Below are positions 54,507 to 61,568 of a stretch of DNA of 64,000 nt, piece by piece. Within the stretch, counting starts at the first letter, position 1. The number at the start of each line of letters is the position of its first letter. This stretch comes from Clostridia bacterium (GTDB lineage: Bacteria > Bacillota > Clostridia > CAKSNL01 > HGM11501): positions 1 through 64,000 of the forward strand of contig JAZQAZ010000047.1 in the NCBI GenBank assembly GCA_045545475.1. Reading direction: 5' to 3'. The position numbers and the translations under genes are program-made. The notes beneath the pieces are model-generated. The model ran no database searches and had not been told where the DNA came from. It was given only the letters and a program-made list of their open reading frames with translations.

Positions 54507-55388
54507 ATGGATTATGTAGCACGTGCCATTACGATGGATGGTTTTGTGAGGATATATGCGGCAAACACCACAGAGCTTGTAAATGAAGCTGCGAAAATTC
54601 ACGGATGCAGTGCAACTGCGGCAGCTGCTCTTGGAAGAACACTCACTGCAACAGCAATAATTGGTGCAATGATAAAGGATGAAGATACTTCTGTTACTGT
54701 TCAGGTAGACGGTGGAGGCTCAATTGGCAAAATATGCACGGTTACAGACGGAAGTGCTTTTGTAAGAGGGTATTGCACCAACCCCATGGCGGATCTTCCT
54801 ACAAAGGCAAACGGCCATCTTGATGTGGGCGGAATTGTGGGAACAGACGGATATCTCGGTATAATAAAGGACTATGGAATGAAGGAACCTTATGTGGGAC
54901 ATGTGGAACTTGTATCGGGAGAAATTGCCGAGGATTTTACAAAATATTTCGCAGAGAGTGAGCAGACACCCTCTGCCGTAGGTCTTGGTGTACTTGTTGA
55001 TAAAGATTTGTCAATAAAAAGTGCCGGAGGATATATAATACAGCTCCTCCCCGGTGCGACAGATGAACATATTGAGGACATCGAAAAGTCACTTAAAGCA
55101 TTCGGAAGCGTTACGGAGGCAATAGAAAAGGGAATGACCCCGGAAGAGATAGCTGAAAGTCTTATGAGTGACCACAGCATGTTTTTTTATGACAACGTGG
55201 AAACCGGATATTTTTGCCCATGCTCTGAAGAAAGAATGGAAAGAGCATTAATTGCCATAGGGAAGAAGGACCTCAAAGAAATAATAGATACCGATGGGCA
55301 TGCTGAACTTAAATGTCATTTTTGCAGACGTAACTTTGACTTTTCAAAGGAGCAGCTTCTTGAAATATTAAATAAAGCACAACAGTAA
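54507..55388 (+). CDS. hslO: Hsp33 redox-regulated chaperone
   Basis: ALGRTLT, SGEIAEDF..YFAESEQTPS, CPCS...CHFC zinc site. Confidence 0.95.
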   Translation: MDYVARAITMDGFVRIYAANTTELVNEAAKIHGCSATAAAALGRTLTATAIIGAMIKDEDTSVTVQVDGGGSIGKICTVTDGSAFVRGYCTNPMADLPTKANGHLDVGGIVGTDGYLGIIKDYGMKEPYVGHVELVSGEIAEDFTKYFAESEQTPSAVGLGVLVDKDLSIKSAGGYIIQLLPGATDEHIEDIEKSLKAFGSVTEAIEKGMTPEEIAESLMSDHSMFFYDNVETGYFCPCSEERMERALIAIGKKDLKEIIDTDGHAELKCHFCRRNFDFSKEQLLEILNKAQQ

Positions 55389-55451
55389 TTTTTTGCCGGA
55401 TTTGACAGAAACTTGAAAAACAGGTATTATGTAAATCAAGAGGTGATTTGT

Positions 55452-56540
55452 ATGAAAAAAATACTTACCTTTATCGGAGCGTTTACTTTGACTTTTATGA
55501 TGTTTGTTTTACCTTCGGAAGCGATAAGGATAACAAACAGTCCTGTATCTATGACAATGGCTGCAGAAAGCGGAGAAGTGGTATTTACCATAAACGACGT
55601 GGAGATATATCCTTCGCTGTATTATGCTGAAGGCGGAAGTTGTGCAAAGAAGCTTGAAATATGGATAACCGAAAACCGTATTGCGGAAAACCCCGAGTTT
55701 TTAATCTATTGTTACGATAAGGACGGCAATCATATAGATTCAGAGTATATCACGATGAAATATGATAACAGATATTCTCAGTATTGCGGATGCGTTTATG
55801 CCGATGTAAACACTGCCAGCGTTGAAATTCAGCCTGCAAAGCCGGGAAGCTGGTTTAATTCTTATTATTATTGCCGCTATGAAGGAATATCTGCAGATGA
55901 CGGCAGAAAACTTACTGTGCTTGACTTGCTTGTTCCCGATTACGAAGCTGTAGGATGGCACGGTGATGTTAATCTTTACGCACTTGACGGAAGAGAGCTT
56001 AAGGTTGCGTACTGCGATGTGGCCGCCTACAAAGCTGTGGGGTGGTATGAATGGGAAGATATCAAGATGATAGAATTCAGAGACTACTTCAGTAAGGGAA
56101 TTAACGACTGGGATTATGAATGTATACTTGAAAAAGTGGATACATTAAAAACTCTCATTAAAAATCCGTCTTATTTGCAGGAGTTGTCGGACGCTCAGTG
56201 CAAAGCTATGGATAAGTGGAGAGTGGAGCTTAATGCTCCGATGGCCCTGGTTGACTATCATGTTTTGTATAATGAGAAGGACGGCAAAGAATATCTGGCC
56301 ATTGAACTTCGTAATGTTTCCTACGGAACGATTTTATCATACAAAGCCGGATTCGTATGCCACGATAACGCAGGGACTATGATAAGAGAAGAAAATATAT
56401 ATTCTTCTGAAAGTACCGAACTTAATCCCGGAGAAAAGAAGATATTTTATTTTCAGTTGGATAATTACAATACGGATTATATCAGCAATTTTACCGTCAG
56501 AAGTGTCGTATTTAGTGACGGAACTTCCTGGAACGGTTAA
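55452..56540 (+). CDS. hypothetical exported protein with short internal repeat
   Basis: signal peptide MKKILTF..EA; two A.DGR.L.V...V..Y.AVGW repeats; GGAGG RBS. Confidence 0.7.
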   Translation: MKKILTFIGAFTLTFMMFVLPSEAIRITNSPVSMTMAAESGEVVFTINDVEIYPSLYYAEGGSCAKKLEIWITENRIAENPEFLIYCYDKDGNHIDSEYITMKYDNRYSQYCGCVYADVNTASVEIQPAKPGSWFNSYYYCRYEGISADDGRKLTVLDLLVPDYEAVGWHGDVNLYALDGRELKVAYCDVAAYKAVGWYEWEDIKMIEFRDYFSKGINDWDYECILEKVDTLKTLIKNPSYLQELSDAQCKAMDKWRVELNAPMALVDYHVLYNEKDGKEYLAIELRNVSYGTILSYKAGFVCHDNAGTMIREENIYSSESTELNPGEKKIFYFQLDNYNTDYISNFTVRSVVFSDGTSWNG

Positions 56541-56620
56541 AAATACAGGTGCGGTTTTTCCGTACCTGTATTTTGAAAAAATGCTATGATAGAATTTTTA
56601 TAAAAAACTTAAAAAAATGC

Positions 56621-56753
56621 TTGACAAAAGTGTGGGCATGTGTTATTATATTCAAGCACACCAAGTGGTTACAGAGGCGAAAAACTTAATAAAAAACTTT
56701 TTTCAAAAAAATGAAAAAAAGTTCTTGACAAACGGTTCTGATTATGGTATAAT
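56621..56753 (+). promoter_or_regulatory. tandem sigma-A promoters of the tRNA operon
   Basis: TTGACA(56621)-17-TATTAT and TTGACA(56725)-17-TATAAT, each with A-tracts upstream. Confidence 0.85.
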
Positions 56754-56777
56754 AAATTCTGTTGTTGAAAAAGAAAT

Positions 56778-56853
56778 GGGAGCATAGCTCAGTTGGGAGA
56801 GCATCTGCCTTACAAGCAGAGGGTCATAGGTTCGAGCCCTATTGTTCCCACCA
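56778..56853 (+). tRNA. tRNA-Val (TAC)
   Basis: TCTGC-CTTACAA-GCAGA, 76 nt, CCA. Confidence 0.96.
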
Positions 56854-56860
56854 TTTTTTT

Positions 56861-56937
56861 GGCCTGGTAGTTCAGCTGGTTAGAACGCTAGCCTGTCACG
56901 CTAGAGGTCGTGGGTTCGAGTCCCATCCAGGTCGCCA
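56861..56937 (+). tRNA. tRNA-Asp (GTC)
   Basis: CTAGC-CTGTCAC-GCTAG, G73, CCA. Confidence 0.96.
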
Positions 56938-56942
56938 TTTTT

Positions 56943-57018
56943 GCCTCTGTAGCTCAGTTGGTAGAGCAAAGGACTGAAAATCCTTGTGTCACTGGTTCGA
57001 TTCCAGTCGGAGGCACCA
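56943..57018 (+). tRNA. tRNA-Phe (GAA)
   Basis: AAGGA-CTGAAAA-TCCTT, CCA. Confidence 0.96.
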
Positions 57019-57025
57019 GGTAAAT

Positions 57026-57100
57026 GCGGGAGTGGCTCAGTGGTAGAGCGTCACCTTGCCAAGGTGAACGTCGCGAGTTCGAATCTCGTCTTCCGCTCCA
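57026..57100 (+). tRNA. tRNA-Gly (GCC)
   Basis: TCACC-TTGCCAA-GGTGA, U73, CCA. Confidence 0.96.
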
Positions 57101-57148
57101 AAAACACAAAGGAGACGCGTCAGATTTGGTGCGTCGCTTTTGTTATAA

Positions 57149-57222
57149 GGCGCCATGGCCAAGTGGTAAGGCAAAGGTCTGCAACACCTATATCCCCAGT
57201 TCGAGTCTGGGTGGCGCCTCCA
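57149..57222 (+). tRNA. tRNA-Cys (GCA)
   Basis: GGCGCCA/TGGCGCC acceptor, AGGT-CTGCAAC-ACCT, U73, CCA. Confidence 0.95.
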
Positions 57223-57223
57223 G

Positions 57224-57256
57224 AAAAAAGACTTGTCAGTTGACAAGTCTTTTTTT
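57224..57256 (+). terminator. intrinsic terminator of tRNA operon
   Basis: AAAAAAGACTTGTCA-GT-TGACAAGTCTTTTTTT. Confidence 0.85.
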
Positions 57257-57432
57257 AATGAAATTTGCCTGCGTCAAGTGAAATACGCTACGCGTATGAA
57301 ATATTGCTTCGCAATGTGAAATATGCCTTGCGGCATATGAAAAGGCAAATTTTATTTCACATTTTTCTGTAAGAAAAATATTTCATAATCCGTAGGGTTA
57401 TTTCATATCAACGAAGTTGATATTTCATTAAA
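57254..57432. repeat. symmetric 'feather' hairpin array with 11-bp terminal inverted repeats
   Basis: TTTAATGAAAT...ATTTCATTAAA ends; five TGAAAW then four ATTTCA linkers separated by short hairpins. Confidence 0.9.
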
Positions 57433-57434
57433 TA

Positions 57435-57463
57435 TTTACATATTGCTAATTCTATGTTAGAAT
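57435..57463 (+). promoter_or_regulatory. probable sigma-A promoter of four-helix-bundle gene
   Basis: TTTACA-17-TAGAAT with extended TG. Confidence 0.65.
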
Positions 57464-57483
57464 GTTAGCAGAGGTGTTTAGTT

Positions 57484-57831
57484 ATGAAGGAAAACAAACT
57501 TATAGATTTATCTACGGATTTAGCAGTTAAAATTATAAAACTCTGTGAAACGATAAAAGGACATTATTCACTTGTAAATCAGTTAGAAAGAAGTTCTACA
57601 TCAATCGGGGCAAACATTCACGAAGCTAACTATGCTCACGGAAAGAACGATTTTATTGCAAAATTACAGATTGCTTTGAAAGAATGTTATGAAACAGAAT
57701 ATTGGCTCGAGCTTTTTGTAAAGTCAGAAATTTTAGATAGAGAAACTGCGAAAAATTTATATAATCAATGTGGTACAATTCGAAAAATGTTGATTTCTTC
57801 AATCAACACTGCAAAAAAGAACAGTAATTAG
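57484..57831 (+). CDS. four-helix bundle protein (23S rRNA IVS protein / Avd-like family)
   Basis: NQLERSSTSIGANIHEA, DFIAKLQIALKECYETEYWLEL; GAGGTG RBS. Confidence 0.92.
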   Translation: MKENKLIDLSTDLAVKIIKLCETIKGHYSLVNQLERSSTSIGANIHEANYAHGKNDFIAKLQIALKECYETEYWLELFVKSEILDRETAKNLYNQCGTIRKMLISSINTAKKNSN

Positions 57832-57851
57832 AGCTGGCATCTAAACCATTC

Positions 57852-57868
57852 GGCGCCGTCCAGAAAAA
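57852..57868 (+). repeat. degenerate duplicate of tRNA-Cys 3' end (att-like)
   Basis: GGCGCCGTCCAGAAAAA vs GGCGCCTCCAGAAAAA at 57213-57228 (one inserted G). Confidence 0.65.
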
Positions 57869-57872
57869 CAAG

Positions 57873-57970
57873 CACCATAAAACAGACTCGAACGAAGTCA
57901 TAGGAAAAAATGCGGAGCATTTTGACGTAGTTTTTCAAAACTGCGTTTTGAAAAATCGAGTCTGGGTGGC
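57873..57970. repeat. tRNA T-arm mirror element, copy 2 (Cys-matched)
   Basis: inverted CAGACTCGAAC (57883-57893), core GAAGTCATAGG plus two hairpins, direct TCGAGTCTGGGTGGC (57956-57970 = 57201-57215). Confidence 0.85.
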
Positions 57971-58248
57971 AAACATCGCAAGGACTAAAAAGTCTGCTAT
58001 AAAGTCATAGGCAAAAATGTAAAGCATTTTGCCGGAGGTCAGTGGTTTGGTCAGGAAAATAAATAATGCGGGCATACAGAGAAGAGGTAGCATGATAGAG
58101 CACATCTTTCTGCGAAAGCAGAACTTTTGTTTTTAGAAGGTTGTATATAGAAAATCGTTTTACAATAAATATTTTGCTTGTATCTATTTACTTTGATACT
58201 TAGGTGTGATATACTTGGAGAAAATAATATGATAAAGGGGATAAACAT

Positions 58249-58920
58249 ATGAAAAAAGCATTATTGATATTTATGATCAGTATCAGTTTGACTTTGACAG
58301 GCTGTTCGAACGTCTCTATTGTAGATAAGGATGTAGAAAAAGAATATATCCTTAATTCTGACACTGAAGTTATTACTGAAGTCGATCTGTCTAAATTGAA
58401 CGATACTGAACTTAAATATGCTTATGAGGAAATTTTCGCAAGACACGGTAAGATATATACCGATACAAATTACGAGAAGTACTTTAACTCTAAAGATTGG
58501 TATGTTCCGAATCCCTCCTATGATGAAGATGATTTGTCTGAACTGGAGAAGGAAAATTCTGAATATATAAACGCCTATATCTTATCTAAAAAAACTGAAG
58601 ACAATGGTGACTCAGAAAATAACGCTTCTAAATTTGATGAAGATTATTTCTTTGCAAATTATTCGGATGACAATACATATATTATACCTGACAGTAGTGT
58701 GAGAAAATTGACGGTAAGCGAACTTTATAGCTATTCGTCAAGCGCTTTGGCTCTTATCCGTAATGAAATTTATGCTAGAAACGGATATATCTTTACAAAG
58801 CAGAAATACAGTGACTATTTTAACTCAAAAAGGTGGTATTCGCCAAATCCGTATTTTAATGAAAGTTGGCTAAGCAGTACTGAGAAATATAATATACAAC
58901 TTATAAAGAGTCTGGAATAG
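58249..58920 (+). CDS. lipoprotein with two YARHG domains
   Basis: lipobox LTGC; EEIFARHG..YFNSKDWY and RNEIYARNG..YFNSKRWY. Confidence 0.88.
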   Translation: MKKALLIFMISISLTLTGCSNVSIVDKDVEKEYILNSDTEVITEVDLSKLNDTELKYAYEEIFARHGKIYTDTNYEKYFNSKDWYVPNPSYDEDDLSELEKENSEYINAYILSKKTEDNGDSENNASKFDEDYFFANYSDDNTYIIPDSSVRKLTVSELYSYSSSALALIRNEIYARNGYIFTKQKYSDYFNSKRWYSPNPYFNESWLSSTEKYNIQLIKSLE

Positions 58921-58924
58921 AATT

Positions 58925-59803
58925 ATGAATTTACAAGAACAAAGAAGATTGAGAAAAAAACAACGGACCAAAATTATGGTTTTGGTGATTTTGGCATTGA
59001 TTACCGGATTTGTTGCCGGGGTGTGTTGTACAATTGCATTTACTGATAAGTATTCGATTATAATAACAAAACCTAATGAAGAAAAAATAAAGCCGGAGTC
59101 TGACGAACCGAAAACCGAAAGTGAGTTTTCGGGAGAGGTTGAGACTGAAGAAATTGAAGACAAAAAAATTTTTGCAAAAGCTAAAATAATTGCAATTGAT
59201 GCAGGACATCAGAAAAACGGGAATTTTTCACAGGAGCCTATAGCTCCCGGGGCTACACAAACCAAAGCTAAGACTTCGGGAGGAACTACCGGAGTCGCTA
59301 CAAAAATCCCCGAATATCAGGTGAATTTAGAAGTGGCTCTTTTGCTTGAGGAAGAATTGATATCAAGGGGATATGAAGTGATTATGATTCGAAGAAGCAA
59401 TGACGTCGATATAAGTAACTCTCAAAGAGCCATGGTAGCGAATGATGCAAATGCAGATGCCTTTATTCGTATACATTGCAACGGAGCCGAAAACAGCAAT
59501 GCTAAAGGAGCACTTACACTGTGTCAGACTTCGGAAAATCCTTATTGCGGAAATTTATATGATCAGAGTCGTTCTTTGTCTGAATTTGTGGTTGACGGAT
59601 TGTGCGAAGAGACCGGGGCTGCCAACCTGGGAGTTACAGAGACGGATACTATGAGCGGCATTAATTGGTGCCAAGTTCCCGTTACAATTGTTGAAATGGG
59701 ATTTATGACTAATTACGAAGAAGATATACTTCTTTGTGATACTTCTTATCAGAAGAAGCTTGCGATTGGAATAGCTAATGGAATTGATGATTTCTTTGCT
59801 TAG
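58925..59803 (+). CDS. membrane-anchored N-acetylmuramoyl-L-alanine amidase (Amidase_3)
   Basis: IAIDAGH, EYQVNL, IRIHCN, PVTIVEMGFMTN. Confidence 0.9.
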   Translation: MNLQEQRRLRKKQRTKIMVLVILALITGFVAGVCCTIAFTDKYSIIITKPNEEKIKPESDEPKTESEFSGEVETEEIEDKKIFAKAKIIAIDAGHQKNGNFSQEPIAPGATQTKAKTSGGTTGVATKIPEYQVNLEVALLLEEELISRGYEVIMIRRSNDVDISNSQRAMVANDANADAFIRIHCNGAENSNAKGALTLCQTSENPYCGNLYDQSRSLSEFVVDGLCEETGAANLGVTETDTMSGINWCQVPVTIVEMGFMTNYEEDILLCDTSYQKKLAIGIANGIDDFFA

Positions 59804-60007
59804 TAGAAAGAATCGCTGTTGTGAAGTAGCAAAATATAAGTAGTTACATGGTGGTTTTGGTATATGCTTTTGCTTGCTAAATTCATTTAGAAGGACTTTT
59901 CATCTTAACGCATTTCCTTTCCCGCCTGCAAAACACAATAGTATAATTGAAAGTGGCATACCTAAGAGTATAATACTTACATACATTTTGAAAGCGGATG
60001 ATTTTTT

Positions 60008-61300
60008 ATGAAAAAGATGCTGGCACGCTACCCAAAGGGAAACCCGAGACGTAAGTGGAAGCAGGATAATTTCGTGCTTTCTGTTACAAATGCCTCGCTC
60101 ATGGGACTGGAATACGGAAGCGAGTCCGATTTGGAAAAGGCGAGACGTGGCATGAAAACTGCAAAAGAAGCAGGCTTTAATATGGTTGAACTTCTCTGGG
60201 CAAGTCCTGTTATGGGTATGGAATCGGTTAAAATGGCAGAGCAGATTTCCATGCCCCTCATATATCAGAATATGCTTCGCTTCGGTGGAATGGGATACAG
60301 AAAAGAGAAAAATATAAAGCCGGAAGATAACGACCTTGAAGGCGTAATAAAAGATACAGCACCCTGGAAATCGGTTGTCGGTCTTTGCGTTTATGATGAG
60401 CCGCTTGACACCGAACAGCGTGAGTTAGCCAGAAAGCTTATTGACCGTATGGAGGAAATCTGTCCCGAAAAGCTTCCCTTCGCCTGCACGGATGCGGGAA
60501 AAATTGACGAAATGGCTGATGAAGTTGATCCCGCACAGCTATCCTTTGACCAGTATGCCTTTGGCGGCTGGGCAGGAGGCGGTATGGACAGGGAAAATCA
60601 GATGGACAGATGTCTTGGATACTGGGATAAAATGGAGATTGCAAAAAATGCGGCAAAACGCATTGATGCACCATTCTGGTTTTACTATCAGGGACACGAG
60701 CTTTCCTATAATCCCGTTTATGACGATTATTCATTTGCTGCATCCCGTATGATGGCAAACGCCGCACTTCTTTACGGTGCAAAGGGCGTATCCTGCTATA
60801 ATGAATTTGACGGTGCGTTTAATCCGGAAAACGGAGGACACGGCATTTATTTTGATGAGCAGCTTAAGCTTAATCATGAAATTGCAGCTCTCGGAAATAC
60901 GCTTATGGCACTTAGGTGCGAGAGGGTTATTCACGACGAAAGCCTTAAAACAGAAAATGCGAAGGTTCACTTTGCGACCATGGAGGAAAGCAAGCTCTTA
61001 AAAGGAAAACTTCCCAAACGAATTTCTATTTCCGAATTTTCGGATGATTACGGAAACGATTACCTTATGGTATTAAACCGCGATTACAAATATGACAGGC
61101 GATATGTCCTTGACTTAAAGGAAGAAAGACGCGTATGGCGTGTAAGCAATACTGACGGAGAACAGCATCTTGCCTTTGAAGGAGGTAAAAATAAGATAAT
61201 GGGAACCCTTACACCGGGAAGTATTGCTCTCTACCGTTTGCAGAAGTTGGAAGAAGAGCCTTATGCGATAGAGTATTATCTTGATAAAGGAACATTTTAG
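60008..61300 (+). CDS. hypothetical protein, possible clan-A glycoside hydrolase fold
   Basis: KEAGFN, YDEP, LSFDQY, PFWFYYQ, ALLYGAKG motifs; function not assignable. Confidence 0.55.
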   Translation: MKKMLARYPKGNPRRKWKQDNFVLSVTNASLMGLEYGSESDLEKARRGMKTAKEAGFNMVELLWASPVMGMESVKMAEQISMPLIYQNMLRFGGMGYRKEKNIKPEDNDLEGVIKDTAPWKSVVGLCVYDEPLDTEQRELARKLIDRMEEICPEKLPFACTDAGKIDEMADEVDPAQLSFDQYAFGGWAGGGMDRENQMDRCLGYWDKMEIAKNAAKRIDAPFWFYYQGHELSYNPVYDDYSFAASRMMANAALLYGAKGVSCYNEFDGAFNPENGGHGIYFDEQLKLNHEIAALGNTLMALRCERVIHDESLKTENAKVHFATMEESKLLKGKLPKRISISEFSDDYGNDYLMVLNRDYKYDRRYVLDLKEERRVWRVSNTDGEQHLAFEGGKNKIMGTLTPGSIALYRLQKLEEEPYAIEYYLDKGTF

Positions 61301-61370
61301 ACTTTAATTATTTACCTTTTATTTACAAATTCGCGTTGACAAACTTAAAGTAAAGTGATAAAATAAAAAC

Positions 61371-61496
61371 ATAAGGGAGTAGTCGGCACGGTATGTGCGA
61401 TGAAGTCAACACCTTGTAAATCTGTATATAACAGATTTTCTGGTTTCATCTTAAATGACAAGACTTATCTTAAAAGGATGGGTCTTGTCTTTTTTT
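61371..61496 (+). promoter_or_regulatory. yybP-ykoY (Mn2+) riboswitch with terminator
   Basis: TAAGGGAGTAG...GATGAAGTCAACA...CTGGTTTCATC...CAAGACTTA; overlapping terminator GACAAGACTTATC..GATGGGTCTTGTC-T7; TTGACA-17-TAAAAT promoter at 61336-61364. Confidence 0.85.
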
Positions 61497-61568
61497 AATT
61501 TAAAATACCTTGCGGATGCATAAAGTATTCTGCGGGGAGAAATATAATTTCAGAAGGGAGATTTTCAA

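Noticed and set aside
56762-57281. ORFs overlapping the tRNA cluster (also 10884..11189 and 10897..11127)
   Set aside because: Chance reading frames across tRNA genes.
57254-57432. Feather array as a mini-CRISPR
   Set aside because: Repeats are 6 bp, switch orientation midway, and the spacers are self-complementary hairpins.
57484-57831. Diversity-generating retroelement or 23S rRNA intervening sequence
   Set aside because: No reverse transcriptase, no TR/VR pair noticed and no rRNA gene in the window.
59804-60007. Possible ncRNA in the amidase downstream spacer
   Set aside because: No recognisable motif or convincing structure; only promoter-like TATAAT boxes.
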